A stretch of 64,000 nucleotides of DNA, taken from assembly GCF_030684315.1 (NCBI RefSeq), contig NC_081367.1:31540792-31604791 (forward strand). The letters run 5' to 3'. The notes beneath the pieces were generated by a model. It saw only the letters and a list, made by a program, of their open reading frames with translations. It ran no database searches and had not been told where the DNA came from. Position numbers and translations under genes: made by a program. This DNA is from Stegostoma tigrinum (taxonomy: Eukaryota). The stretch's first letter is position 1; each line of letters opens with the position of its first letter. Positions 26,271-40,552 of the stretch are shown in pieces.

Positions 26271-28342
26271 CTAAAAATTGAAAAGAGATCATCAATTCAC
26301 CAAGCATTCGTGAACATGTACTGTATTCCATCCAGCTCAAAATGATTACTATTTTTAAAATAGCCTATGGATGGTCTGTAAAGTTACATAAGATCTTACA
26401 AGGACAGGCAAGTGCAACAAAGTTTAATATTTGGTTATAAATAACATTGTCACTCACATGCTAGTCCAAAATTAAACAGTTTAACATGCAGTCTTTGCTT
26501 ATAAAATACTTTATACAGAGTTAGCAGATGAACTATTTACCTGCGAACTTAAGGTCAGATTTAGCCAAAGCCCTCAGGTGTTCCATTAAATTCACACAAT
26601 TCGGGTTGAGGTGATTTTTGATTTATTGACAACTAATAGAAGAACAGCAGGATCACGTGGGAATTTATTTATGACTTTTGCAAAAAAAAGTTCAAGGACA
26701 GTGATTACAGGCTTGACTTGAATATATCTATCCAGTTTTTCCAAGGAGTTTGCTTCAAGGGGCAAAGTGTCTAACTTTAAAAAAAACACTTAATTATGTT
26801 TTACATACCTGTCAAGCACAGATGTGAAACAGCACAGGATAAATTATCAACATTTGCTTCAAGTAAAGAAAGCATTTTGAAACTTGCAGCATAATCAGAG
26901 GTCAAGGTAGATTGGGTTGATCTCTCTGCTATTCCCAAGACAATTAGCAAAGAAAAGCAAGTAAAAAAAAACTCAACTGTATTAGGATACCTCTTACCAT
27001 GGGAACTGAATAAGGCTTTGTTTCTCTATGTACTGTGTGGATATATTATTGCCACAAAAACAAATGGCATTCAATCAAATACACCCAAGTTAATCCAGTT
27101 TTTAAAATCTGATCTCTAGGCCCCAGTTCTCTGGTCTCAGAATTCTAATGTAAAAATAAGTTCAGCCACCTGCTGAATCAGGGCAATGAATACAACAGCA
27201 ATGATATTGAGGGTCTGATATTAAAGCCATCATTACTTTTAAATACAAAATACAATACTGTTTCAGGACGTCGCCAAAATCTGTTGAGATTAAAGAAAGT
27301 TTTAGTCCTCTGACAAAAATTGGAATACTGCAAGAAGCAACTAATTTTAATTGGAAATGAAAATTAAGTGTGTAAAAGCAAGCCTAAAATAACTATAACT
27401 CAGTCAGTGAAAGAAATTTTAAAAGTTAATTTTGGAAACGTAATTTTGTGGGATCATATGAAGTAATTATATAATATTGGGTTCACTATCATTATGCAAT
27501 TAAAGGAACAGTTATCGCCAACAATTTTCTTTGTTGCCATTTAGTTACACTTGTTTCCCCATCAAACTAATGCACTTAGCTGTGAAATTCATTATATGAA
27601 ATTAAACTACAATGTTGTACACCACTACTTGATCACTATTGTAGCAAAGTCAATCCCAAAACTGAAAACTTCTACAATTTCATGGGACTTCAGGCATTTG
27701 GTTTCAACACAAATGAGAAACAGAAGGTAGTACATCTCAAGCTTAAAAAAAAGTGCTAGCCTGAAGACGATTAAGTTAGAATTAAAATATACTTGTAAAG
27801 AAACAAGAGAAAGAGAGACACTAAGTGCAAGAAAAAATAAAAAGAAATGGAAAGAGTACAAGACTTAGGGCACTGGCGCTATGAAAGAATAATATGGTAA
27901 AATTGAGATACGGATTATCAACTAAGGAATGTTTTACCTGATCTCTCCCCAGGAGTGTAATACGCATCATTAGATCCACTCAGATACAAAGTCATTGTTC
28001 AGAGCTTGGGTGTCATTCAGGCAAAAGTGTTATTTTGTACAATAAAAAGGGAGCTTTTCATACTCATTCTGGGATAAATTTTATTCAAGCGTTAATTAAC
28101 CAGATAACATTTCAACTTTTGCTTGAAGAATGAATTGTGATATCCCATATAACTTTTGTTAAACAACCCAAACGTCAGTCAAGTTTAAAACATATTCAAT
28201 ATGTAGAACACTAAACCAAACTTTATAGCGAGTTGAGGACGTTTAACAACCTCTGACAGACATTTAATATTTGCTTCAGACATACTACGTAGAAAGATGC
28301 TTAACAATGAAATTTCACTGTTAAGCAGTCTGCATTTGATTG

Positions 28343-28667
28343 GATTAGATTACATCAGATTCACTAGAGTGTGGAAACAGGCCCTTCGGCCCAACAAGTC
28401 CACACTGCCCCTTGACGCATCTCACCCAGACCCATCCCCCTATAACCCACACATCCCTGAACACTACGGGCAATTTAGCATGGCCAATCCACCTAGCCTG
28501 CACATCTTCAGACTGTGGGAGGAAACCAGAGCTACCGGAGGAAACCCGAGCAGACACGGGGAGAATGTGCAAACTCCACACAGACAGTCGCCCGAGGTTG
28601 GAATCGAACCCGGGTCTCTGGTGCTGTGAGGCTGCATTGCTAACCACTGAGCCACCATGCTGCCCCA
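28343..28667 (-). mobile_element. HE1-type tRNA-derived V-SINE of elasmobranchs
   Basis: A box tggctcagtgg, B box ggttcgattcc, V-domain ctgtgtggagtttgcacattctcccc..ggtttcctcccac, CR1-like tail gggccgaagggcctgtttcc. Confidence 0.85.
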
Positions 28668-28818
28668 AGTGAACAATTTTGTTTCTGCACACACAAAGTG
28701 ATCAAGCAGAGAATTTGGAAGAATATTTTCCTCATATTTTTCTAACTTCTTTAGAAATAACTTTGAAATCCTTGTTCTGAAAGTGACAACTTATACAACA
28801 TTAAGGCTGTTTACTGAG

Positions 28819-28910
28819 ACAAAAAAGTGTACAGCTGGATGAACACAGCAGGCCAAGCAGCATCAGAGGAGCAGGAAAGCTGACGTTTTGGGCCTAGACC
28901 CTTCTTCAGA
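28819..28910 (-). mobile_element. Solo tail-less PLE terminal-repeat arm with 9-bp TSD
   Basis: tttactgag at 28810-28818 and 28915-28923. Similar solo arms at about 44857-44944 and 53266-53361. Confidence 0.75.
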
Positions 28911-29030
28911 GTTATTTACTGAGTGTGATTTAAAAAGGTAGCAATACTGATTGAAGTTCACGTATCAAAACTTAATGTATTAAGACATTCCAGGACTTTG
29001 TCATTTCAACTAAACAGTGATTGTCAGCGT

Positions 29031-29219
29031 TAACACGGTGTGAAGCTGGATGAACATAGCAGGCCAAGCAGCATCAGAGGAGCAGAAAAGTTTGATGTTT
29101 CGGGTCAGGACCCTTCTTCAGAAAAATTTTCTTTCCAGCTCCTCTGACGCTGCTTGGCCTGCTGTGTTCATCCAGCTTCACACCATGTTATCTCCAGCAT
29201 CGGCAGTTCCTACTATCTT
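29031..29219. mobile_element. Short fold-back PLE insertion with 13-bp TSD (1 mismatch)
   Basis: tgattgtcagcgt at 29018-29030 and tgattgtcagtgt at 29220-29232. Confidence 0.8.
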
Positions 29220-29459
29220 TGATTGTCAGTGTATTGTGTTTTCTTTCTTGAACAGAATTGGTTGTTCTCAGCAAAGCACATTAATTTATAAACAAGATTG
29301 TTCTTAATGTTACAGTAGATACGACTGATATTTCAAATTTGTACACTTTTTTTAGATATGTATTGTTCTGTTTGCTCAGCAATGAAATCACTATCTCAAC
29401 AGCCAGTTGTGCTCTTAAATAATGTAACTTGATTTTCAGTGACAAAAGTTCAATAAATT

Positions 29460-30028
29460 GTTATGCTGAGGTTGTACAGGATGTTGCTGAGGCCCTTTCT
29501 GGAGTACTATGTCCAGCTGTGGTTGCCCTGTTACAGGAAGGAAATTATTAAGCTGCGCAGGGTTGAAAAGAGATTTACCAGGATGTTGCTGGGAATGGAG
29601 GGTTATGAGTTATAAGGTGAGACTGGATAGGCAGGGACTTCTTTCACTGGAGCATACAAAGTTGAGAAGTGTCCTTTTAGAGGTTCCTCAAATCATGAGG
29701 CATTTCGATAAGGTGAATGGCAGATGTCCTTTCCGTCGGGTGGGGGAATTTCACGACTGGCGACATATTTTTAAGGTGAGAGAAGAAAGATTTAAAAAAG
29801 ACATGAGGGGCAACTTTTTTTAAGACACGTTTCATGTGTAGAATGAACTTCCAAAGGAAGTGGCGGATGCTGGTACAGTTACAAGGTTTAAAAGACATTT
29901 AGACAAGTACAAGATATGCTTGGAGGAATACGGACCAAGTGCAAGTAGATGGTACTTGTTTAGCTAGGTATTATGGTCAGCACGGATTGGATGGACCGAA
30001 GGGTCTGTTTCTGTGCTCTATGACTCTA
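29460..30028 (+). mobile_element. CR1 LINE 3' fragment
   Basis: FKVREERFKKDMRGNFF, then ggaccgaagggtctgtttc and a tatgactct tail. Confidence 0.8.
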
Positions 30029-31510
30029 AATTGGAGAATAATTACAAAGGATATATGGACATTATTCATTCCATCTCAACTCAAGATTTTTTTTAAAAAC
30101 GAGGAATATCCTCAAATGTCATTGAATTTTGTTCTGTCAAACATACTAACAGAGTTTTCAATTGAAAACGACCGTACAATAGAATTTTCCAACCCATTAT
30201 CCATATCATTATTACATTCTTCAAGACTAGCAACATAATACCAAGATGCAGGGAATTGTGTCCTTAGACTTGACTCTACTGCCAATGGAGCTTCCAGAAA
30301 GCCACTTTATTTACAAGCCAGATTATAAAATCAGAGTGAAATCTGAACAAACTCAAAAAAGGATAGGGCAGTGCAAACTCACTATTACTGAACTTAGTGA
30401 ATCATTACACACAGTTCTACATGTTATAACATCACTGTTTCCAGGAAAAGCACAATGCACAGATAACTTTATAAATGTTAAAATTGGCACGAGGGATTGA
30501 GGACCTTTTTTGAGAAGCAGACTTAAACAAACACTTAAAACAGTTATTCCTATCTTGAATGGATTAAATTCATAATTACCTCAAGTTACACTCTTGCCAA
30601 AACTATCATTTATATTCTGCATGGGCTAAACTTTCAGAAACGTCCACAAGTCAGACACCAATTAGATCATCTGAATTAACAAATAAAAAGGGCTTGCAAG
30701 GATAGAAAATAGTAGCCGCACTAGAGCTAGTACAATGCTCAGATATTCCTTTAAACGTATACTAAGCAAGAGTAGATAGTGCTTTACTCGACATGGGCTA
30801 TTGGTCAGCTGTTTTAAGATTGTACCTCTTCTCCATCACACATTACCTACAACACTACAGCAGGAAGCTGGTGTCACTGACGTCATCCACATGCAACTGG
30901 AACCAGAGGTGCACACCCACTCTGGCCACAGGCACATATTCAATGCCATTAATCACAACAGCGTGCGCTCACTGTGTACACTTCACCCTCAACCCCTCAT
31001 TACCATTCATTGTAAGCAAGGGAGCAGGGTAAAGAGTAGGCAAGAGGGAGCGAGGGAGAAGCAGAAACGTTGGCTAAACGTTGGGAGTGGGACTGTGAAA
31101 CCCAGGATTTGAAATAAATTGATCCGAAATATTTTGAAGGGGAAAAGAAAGCACATTTTATTGGTACTGTACTTGTTAAAATATTTCTGCATTGCTCAAT
31201 GTCAGCAGTGTCGTCATAGGTACTGTGACTGTATTGGCAGTGAATGTGCTCCTTGTGGTTCAGGTAGCAAACAGTCACATTTTTACCACTTCTTTAAATT
31301 CTTTAATATAAAATCTGCTTTAAAGGGATCATGAACACTTTTTGCCAAAATCATTTTTATAAATAATGCTGGTTATCATGTTTCCAAAAATATCTAAAAT
31401 GCTAAACAATAGACATTACCCTTGCATTTTGCTTAGTTGTTCAAAGTATAGGTCAGGTAACTGAACTGTAAGCAGGTTTAGTTTTCATTTGTGACAGCAA
31501 TTAAACTTAC

Positions 31511-31564
31511 CTTAATGAAAGCAGCTCGGAGTGTCTGTGCAGCTGATAGATTAACATGCTCCAG
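31511..31564 (-). CDS. PDCD10: PDCD10 coding exon 2: LEHVNLSAAQTLRAAFIK
   Basis: Manual translation; cacag and gtaagt splice sites; 54 nt. Confidence 0.97.
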
Positions 31565-31915
31565 CTGTGATAAAAGATTGAAAGTTTAGCAGTTTGCAGT
31601 ATTAATACGTGAACGTTTCAAACACAGAACTGGATTTGCAAAGATGAGCATGTATACTGTTTGGAAAATATTTTCTGGTAAACATTGTACGGGCATCCTG
31701 TTACTTTTAACGCAAAAAAAAATTGGCAAGCGCCACCACATATTTATTGAATCTCTCAGAATTTCAGAATAAATATCTGTCTTCACAACACCCTATTCAG
31801 GTTTTCTTAGCTTCTTTCTCCATCATACATTACCTAAATATTGCCTCTCTGTTTCTTTGGTTCAGTCTGCTTTTCTGTTATAGTCTACTTCCATTTTAGT
31901 CACTTCAAGATTTTA

Positions 31916-32023
<108 letters not shown>

Positions 32024-32404
32024 TTAATCACACTCTTACAGAAAAAGTGCTGCAGAGGCATTCAATGCCAAGCCAATCCTCTTCTGTCCTCCTTGCAAAA
32101 GTGACAGCCACTACTCCACAAAAAAAAGAAATAAACATAAAAATATTGCATGTAGAAGAATTTGTATTTCTTAATCTCAAAACTTCCATTGAGTTTGACA
32201 CAGTATGAATTAAAATTGTGGGGGGAAAAAACCAGTAGTCTATAGAACTGCAAATCTGGATTTAGGAGGATTTCAGAACATGAAATGGCATTCTCAACTT
32301 GAGTTATTCTAATCGAAACAGATTGATATTGACTACAATGTTCTTTAAAACGTAGAATGAACAGCAAATGCTAGTGGTGACATGAAAAACATGTTACACA
32401 TACC

Positions 32405-34016
32405 TGCCTCTTTGTAGGTTACGTGGAACAGTCCCTCTTCCGCACCTACACAGGCCCCAAATCCCACCTCTTCCTCCGGTACATTGATGACTGTATTGGC
32501 GCCGCCTCTTGCTCCCCAGAGGAGCTCGAACAGTTCATCCACTTCACCAACACCATCCACCCCAACCTTCAGTTCACCTGGGCCATCTCCAGCACATCCT
32601 TCACCTTCCTGGACCTCTCAATCTCCATCTCAGGCAACCAGCTTGTAACTGATGTCCATTTCAAGCCCACCGACTCCCACAGCTACCTAGAATACACCTC
32701 CTCCCACCCACCCTCCTGCAAAAATTCCATTCCCTATTCCCAATTCCTCTACCTCCGCCGCATCTGCTCCCACGATAAGACATTCCACTCTCGCACATCC
32801 CAGATGTCCAAGTTCTTCAAGGACCGCAACTTTCCCCCCAGTGATCGAGAACGCCCTTGACCGCGTCTCCCGCAACACATCCCTCACACCGCCCCCGCCA
32901 CAACCGCCCAAAGCGGATCCCCCTCGTTCTCACCACCACCCCACCAACCTCCGGCTACAACGCATCATCCTCCGACACTTCCGCCATCTACAATCCGACC
33001 CCACCACCCAAGACATTTTTCCATCCCCACCCCTGTCTGCTTTCCGGAGAGACCACTCTCTCCGTGACTCCCTTGTTCACTCCACACTGCCCTCCAACCC
33101 CACCACACCCGGCACCTTCCCCTGCAACCGCAGGAAATGCTACACTTGCCCCCACACCTCCTCCCTCACCCCTATCCCAGGCCCCAAGATGACATTCCAC
33201 ATTAAGCAGAGGTTCACCTGCACATCTGCCAATGTGGTATACTGCATCCACTGTACCCGGTGTGGCTTCCTCTACATTGGGGAAACCAAGCGGAGGCTTG
33301 GGGACCGCTTTGCAGAACACCTCCCCTCGGTTCGCAACAAACAACTGCACCTCCCAGTCGCGAACCATTTCCACTCCCCCTCCCATTCTTTAGATGACAT
33401 GTCCATCATGGGCCTCTTGCAGTGCCACAATGATGCCACCCGAAGGTTGCAGGAACAGCAACTCATATTCCGCCTGGGAACCCTGCAGCCTAATGGTATC
33501 AATGTGGACTTCACCAGTTTCAAAATCTCCCCTTCCCCCACCGCATCCCTAAACCAACCCAGTTCGTCCCCTTCCCCCCACTGCACCACACAACCAGCCC
33601 AGCTCTTCCCCTCCACCCACTGCATCCCAAAACCAGTCCAACCTGTCTCTGCCTCCCTAACTTGTTCTTCCTCTCACCCATCCCTTCCTCCCACCACAAG
33701 CCGCACCCCCACCTACCTACTAACCTGATCCCACCTCCTTGACCTGTCCGTCTTCCCTGGACTGACCTATCCCCTCCCTACCTCCCCATCTATACTCTCC
33801 TCCCCACCTATCTTCTTTTCTCTCCATCTTCGGTCCACCTCCCCCTCTCTCCCTATTTATTCCAGAACCCTCACCCCATCCCCCTCTCTGATGAAGGGTC
33901 TAGGCCCAAAACGTCAGCTTTTGTGCTCCTGAGATGCTGCTTGGCCTGCTGTGTTCATCCAGCCTCACATTTTATTATCTTGGATTCTCCAGCATCTGCA
34001 GTTCCCACTATCTCTC
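32405..34016 (+). mobile_element. Neptune-type PLE, 5'-truncated within RT, frameshifted, with 11-bp TSD
   Basis: YIDD and GIY-YIG (LYIGET) ORFs nearly identical to the 53.8-56.2 kb copy. TSD ttacacatacc at 32394-32404 and 34017-34027. Confidence 0.93.
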
Positions 34017-35664
34017 TTACACATACCCTGTTACCATTTAAGGATAGTGAATATAAATATTCAATTTTGCTACAAAATCGATCAAAATCTTCCAGTTCCT
34101 TACAAAATACATAGATTCACAAATAATAATTAGCATAAACGTACACTATTTGAATTTGGAATTGCCTGATATACAAGTTGTCATAATTATTCCCACCCAA
34201 GGAAGACACCAAACCTTAACGCTTGTACAGAAGGTGATTACATAACTCAACAGTGAATTGCAGACTTGCTTGTAGGAAAATTTGGTTGGCTGTTTCAATC
34301 TAGTTGGGAACAGTTATCCCAATATTCAAGGATGAAAACACTGCAAGCCAAAGGATAGCTAATTCAACCCATAAATATTTTATTTAAATGGCTTGCAGAA
34401 AAGTGTGTATGTTCTGCAAATAAAGGATACAAAACTGGTTCATTAAATTGCTCATATAACATTTATTACTCCATAAGTGTTGAAATAGGTTACTAATTTG
34501 TTAGTAATGGCTAATTGGAGATTCTCGCTTCTGAATTCATCATTGACAAATCCACTGAAATGAATGACAACTTCTGTTTAATAACATCTTTTCACAACTC
34601 AATATTCCGAAGCATTTCACAACAAATTAATTCAGGTATTAAAAGTCACATATAACATGTAATACAAAGCTCTTTTTATATAGTTTCAACCTCTAGAGAA
34701 TTTAAGGCAGTTGTAAAACCTTTTTCTCTCATACACCAGTTGCTGTTAAACTTGAATAAGATTACTAGTTGTAATAATAATTATTATAAATTATAGCACA
34801 CCCACAAGCATTAAGAAGAAATTGTGGTTTGTTTTTCCAATGCACAAAACTCTTATAACCAAATAAAATAAATAGTCATTTTAGAGAGGATTCAAATCCA
34901 GGTTTCAGAAATCATTGCAACATTCAAGTGACGTATCCCTTTGCCATCAAATTAGTAACATATTTGAGCACTTATTAGGACTGACTGTTCAGGACTGAGA
35001 TGAGGAGAAGTTTCTTAAACCTGAGTGGTGAGCTTGTAGAATTCTCTGTCACAGAAATTGGTTGAGGCCAAAACATTGAACATTTTCAAGAAGGAGATCA
35101 ATATAATTCTAGAGGATAAAGTAATCAAAGAATATGGGGAGAAAGCAGGAGCAGAATACTTAGTTTGATGATCATAGTGAATGGTAGAGCAGGCTCCAAG
35201 GGCTGAATGGCCTGCTCCTGCTCATATGTTATATTTTTGTTTGTATGCCAATTCTGCTATGGCTAGGCTTCTGATCATCACTTCTAACATCCGCATTTTT
35301 TATCCAGATGTACAATTTTTATTTGTAAAAGTTACAAAGATGTTTCTCAAGACCTGCTGAGCGTTTCCAGCAACTTTGTTTTTGTTCCCGATTTACAGCA
35401 TCCTCAGTTCTTTCGGTTTTTACTGATATATCGTAAAAGTTGTGAATATGTGTCACGTGATAATTACAAGGATACAAACGAAATTACAAAATTATTCCAA
35501 TTTAGAGACCACTAATCAAATTACGTGCTAGAAATCTATTTAGTCTTCATATAATATCCATTACATTGCTGCAGAAACTTTAGCAGCATGTTATTCAAAT
35601 CCCAGAAACGATCCTACTATTACCCAAAACCACAGACTGAGTTGCTGCCCAAACGCATGACATT

Positions 35665-35757
35665 GTGCTCCTGAGATGCTGCTTGGCCTGCTGTGTTCAT
35701 CCAGCCTCACATTTTATTATCTTGGAATCTCCAGCATCTGCAGTTCCCATTATCTCT
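35665..35757 (+). mobile_element. Minimal PLE 3'-end insertion (~93 bp) with 11-bp TSD
   Basis: cgcatgacatt at 35654-35664 and 35758-35768. Confidence 0.85.
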
Positions 35758-36099
35758 CGCATGACATTACATCCGGTTTTCAGAATCAAAAGAAACCCTA
35801 AGAATGCATCTGAAATTTTGAAACGGTCGCTATCGCAAATTGTCGCACATCCCTTTAAGTCGTCGTACTCGACCTAACGCAAACTTAAGAACTCCAAGGG
35901 GCCTGTGACTTACTTAAATGCAAGACGCCAGAAGACTAAAGACTTCAATCGCCTGGCTGTGCATTAAAAGGCAGCGGTGAGCTTTCATGTATGAACGACT
36001 GATCAATATTAACTGAGATCCTGTACACACCCAGGTTTGTCCATACACAGGGCAGCTACAATTCAAACATCTACTTCCGCAAGTTGCGTCTCTATTTAA

Positions 36100-37150
36100 A
36101 ACTACCCCAAATCCTCCGAGATGATTTGCGTCATATAGAAAACTGAGCCGTACCCGTGAAGCTCTGGTTGCCCAGAAGCTGGGGAGCGTGAGGCGGGTAG
36201 CCCCTCGGCCCGCGGCCCAGTCTGGGGCTGGGCGGATACCTTTCCACTGACCGGGAAGGGGTGGGGGGGGAACAGCATCGGGGGCCAAGCCTAGAAACCA
36301 GCGACACAGACGGTGACAAGGACTCACCCACATGCATCGATGGTTTTGAACACACCAGGGCCGCAGCCAACCCCCTCCAAAAGACCTGGCTCCTCGGTGA
36401 CCTCACTCAAGGCGCTGCCTTGCAGCACCGACAACAGAGAAACGCAGCGTCGGCAACGGCTCGACCGGAAACCCCTGTCGAGCTTGAGCCAATCAGTGCT
36501 GAGGATTCTGCGCAGGGACTGCCGGTCATTGTGAGCCTGTTCATGAATACGCATGCGCCTGGGCGTCTGAGAAACTACAAGAGCCAGAGAGCACTGCGCT
36601 CTAACGTCATCGGAATGATTGAAGTCCAATTGTCCAATGAAAATCTAAGACTGGGCAAGACACCGTGAGTAGGGCGGGGTCTTGTCGTGGAGGGGCGGGA
36701 CTACAAGGTGAGGCTTCATGCAGTACCACCAGTGCGCAGAGAATCTGGCGTAATCTGCAGAGCAGGGAGGGTTTTCGGAATCTACGTTCAAAACAACTTG
36801 CAGTTACCTATTAGGAAATCTCAAAAATAAAGGTCTGCATTGTCCTTTCGACCTACCTTTGATGTGATAAAAGAAAATGCCACAAGCAAGGTCTTGACAG
36901 TCTTTATTAAACGTTTTGTCTGAGTTGCATACCGCCCGTGAAAATCTAATCCTGACCGAGGAGTGGAAGCTGCAGGAGGTGTTTCGTAAGTGCAACTGGA
37001 GCTGTCTGACTTGCGAGCGTTAATCTCACTGTTGTCGGGTATTGATGAATCCTGGGTTTCGGCACCGCCCGGTTTTGTATTAGTCATTTCATCGCTTGTA
37101 CTGCATCTGATTTCTGTACAACGCAAGCTGAAGCTTGTTGACCTTTTGGA
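36100..37150. promoter_or_regulatory. CpG-island bidirectional promoter shared by PDCD10 (-) and SERPINI1 (+), with non-coding first exons
   Basis: High GC/CpG. CCAAT at 36489, 36626, 36634; NRF1-like ACGCATGCGC at about 36549-36558; ACTACA motifs at about 36574 and 36700; GC boxes at 36672 and 36692. Minus-strand donor TGG|gtgagt at 36327; plus-strand donor candidate gtaagt at 36986. The head-to-head layout is established in human. Confidence 0.8.
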
Positions 37151-37825
37151 TGTACGTTGCTTAATCCGCTTGTATCATTTTTGATGAATTAAAAAAAATA
37201 GATTAAATAATTAAATAATCGACCACCTGGCGAAAAAAAGTTGCAGGATGAAATGTCTGGCAGAAAAGCACAATGCATTGTTAGATGTGAATGCGACTGA
37301 AACGTTGCAGTATATAATCGTTGAATTTTTATTTGTAGAAAAATTATCTACACACATTGATTTAACTGCTGATGTAGTTAAGGTAACGAATGCTTTTGCT
37401 GGTGATATACATAGGGGACTTTTAAAATATTTTTGCATCCCTTCAAAACACTATATTGAAATGTTTGACGAAGCTGTTTTGAGTATCTGGAATTACAGGT
37501 TCTTTTCAGTGTGAATGATTCATGCTTTATGTTCAGTGTATGGTTGAAATTATGACTTTTCTCTCTTAGCTATTGCCATACAATGCATTAATTCCTGATG
37601 TTTGTGCAGTTATTTTGCAGTCGTTATTGGCATTGAGTGATTTGGCTTTGTTTGTTGCTCTCATGTTGCTGTTTAACTACACAGTCTTGGATTGCTATCT
37701 GTCTTCTAGTCCAGAAGGTTAGGAAGTTTTATCTGATATTCTACAATATTATATCACCCAGAAGGAGACAAATGGCTTATTTTCAAGAGTGCTCATCATG
37801 CTGCAGAATTGCCATCATTCATACA

Positions 37826-37995
37826 GTCACACAACAGCAGATTTATCTGAAATCACAAACTTTTGGAGTGCAGCCCCTTCGTCAGGTGAGGTGTGAGAGA
37901 AGAACACACATACGCAGAATTTATAGGCAGAGAGAACTGGTATTGTGCAACTTCTAACTTTGTCCACTCCAGGCCAACACCAGCACCTCCACATC
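37826..37995. mobile_element. Second PLE-like terminal-repeat family (inverted arm + tail); related copy at about 42600-42723 (+)
   Basis: Shared tail actttgtc...ccaacac...acctccacatc and a degenerate CUGAnGAAGGGGCUG..CUCC(G/A)AAAG core. Confidence 0.55.
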
Positions 37996-39164
37996 ATTAT
38001 TCACATAGTTTGCTTCGTCACACCTATGGTACTGATCATTGTCCTTATGATCTGCTGTCAAGTATATCATTAACACAATGTACGCTTCAATTTTACCACT
38101 GAAACTGCATTTTGTCAATATTTTCACTTAAAGTAACATAATTAATTTAATAAACAAATCTGTAAATTAATCCATAAATTTTATTCAGGCAGTTGTTTGT
38201 AAAGAAAGGAAATAGTTGATTTAGGGTCTTAGGTCACACTGTAGTCTGATGTTTTGATTGAGAGTGAACAACAAATTATATGAATGCGTAAACAGCATAC
38301 TTATCCACTTTGGCTTTTATTATCTGCATGTATTTTTATAGAGGCCTGTCGATTGTGTGGTTGCCTGTAACCAAAACACCAGATAACAAAACTAATCAAT
38401 GTTTATGACTCAAAGTGGAGTGACCAAACAAGCTGAAAAATAATTATCTGAAAGTCGTTGTGCAGTGGCCATTAAAATACAATTAACCTGATGTAAATGT
38501 CCAGTTTAGGTTTTTTGTTCTTGTTTTCAAGCCAAAAAATCAAGATATCATTTTCCATTTTTTATTTTGAATAATTAAATTGTATAAGAATAATGTACTT
38601 GCTATTTTTATGCTATTAACATCAATATTATTGAGTTGGTTGCGCAAATGTTGCGCAGTGATGTCTTTTATTCTGGCATTATTTCTCCAGTAATAATCAC
38701 AGAAGTGTTAAAACTATAATGAAGGATGGAAAATATGATAAATTAGAACATAATGTTTAAGTGGCCCTGTACTTGGATTGTAAAATTTATGTTTGAAGAA
38801 TGAAATAAAAACTGACAATGAAGTAGCTGCAGAATGTTGAAGTCCTAAGAAATATTAAGTTGGGGTTGTCCCATTTGTGTTATTTGTCCAAATCCAAAGT
38901 AAGAAGAGCTGCAGAAGGAGGAATCTTGAGTTTGATGCAGGACAGCAGGAAAAGCAGTTGAGGTGACACATTTTGTAAAAACATAATTATTTATTAATTT
39001 TTGAGTTGTGTTGGAATGTGTATTGTAGCAGTGAGAATGATATACTTGGTAATAAGAGGGTGGTAATTTTATTGAGTGCAACAATATGCATTTATATCAT
39101 GTTTTTATTATGTTAAGTGGATATATGTTAGCAGGCAAGTAACTGGAATATTACTAGTAGCCAT

Positions 39165-40170
39165 TATCAAGCATGGGAACAAGAATGGGTCATTCTGCCT
39201 CTTGCACCTGTTCCACCATTCAGTGCAATTACGGCAGATCTGTGACCTTACTCCTTATGCCTGCCTTTGGCACACATTCCTTAATACATTTGCTATGGGC
39301 AGCTAACGGCCCAGTGATAATATCACAGGACTGTTAATCCGGAGACCTGGGTAACATTTTGAGGACCTGGGTTCAAATCCTACCACCACAGATGAATTCA
39401 ATTAAAATATCCAGAATTAACAATCTAATGATGACCATGAATGAATTGTCAATTATCAGAAGAACCCACCCGGTTCTCTGTCTTCTGCCAACCTTGTCTG
39501 GTCTGGCCTACCTGTGAGTCCGGACCTACAGTAACGTGGTTGACTCTGACCCGTTAGACAATAAGTGCTGCCTAGGCAGCACATGTCCTCATTCCATTAA
39601 TGAATAAAGGGGGGGAAAAAAAAATATACCTGTCACCAATTTAAAAATCATAACCAATCCAGCATCCACTGCTATTTGTGGAAGAGAGTTACAAACCTCT
39701 ATGAAACTTTGCCTTAGAAATACCTCCTAACATCTCTTCTGAATTGTTTGCCTACCATGTCTTTCCTTTGTTATTATCTTGAAGACTTCGATCAAATCGC
39801 CCCTTAACCTTCGTAATTCTAGGAAGATACACAGGCATAACTTGTATAATCTCTGCTCATGACTTAATTCTTGAAGCCCAGATGCCATTCTTGTAAGCCT
39901 ATATTGTACTACCTGCAAGGTCAGTATGTTTCCTAAGCGTCATGTCCAGATCTGCTTAAAGTACTCCAAGTGGAGTCTAACCAGATTTTTGTATACCTCC
40001 AGAGTCACGTCCATGTTCTTATACTCCAGTCCTCTTAGCTGTAAAGGCCTGCATTCCCATTAACTTTCTTGATTATTTTCTGCACTTGTTTGTGGCATTT
40101 TGACGATCTATGCACCTGAAACTCCCAAGTCTCCTTGGACATCCGCTGTGTTTAACAACATACCATCAAA
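39165..40170 (-). mobile_element. CR1 LINE 3' fragment with a nested SINE
   Basis: ORF 39727..39918 (LELRRLRGDLIEVFKI). Confidence 0.75.
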
Positions 40171-40552
40171 AAAAAATCCTTATTTTAACTTTTTCAGTCT
40201 AACTTACAGCATGTAGTGTGAATGAGCCAAGCTTTGTTTTCCTGTAACAACAGTTGTGAACTTGTTGAACTGGCCTGTCTTTCTCAATAAGACTGCAATT
40301 GATTTTGAAATGAACAGAACCAGGCCTGGTATAAGATTTGATAAACTTATGAAAGTTATCACAGAAACATAACAGCAGATTTACTTAGATGTGAAAGTGG
40401 CATTGCATATTTGAAGACCATTAGAAACACTTCAGACAGGATTTGAAGCATTATAAAAGCCATACTGACCTTGCAATCCCTGGAGGCAAAATCACTATAA
40501 CAATGGCACTGGCAGTACAGTGAGTACAGGATTTGGGGATTGGTTGATAGTG

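Noticed and set aside
28590-28667. tRNA gene
   Set aside because: The A/B boxes are the head of a V-SINE and run straight into its body and LINE-like tail.
35914-37184. ORFs in the CpG island as proteins
   Set aside because: GC-rich promoter/UTR sequence yields chance ORFs; no recognisable domains.
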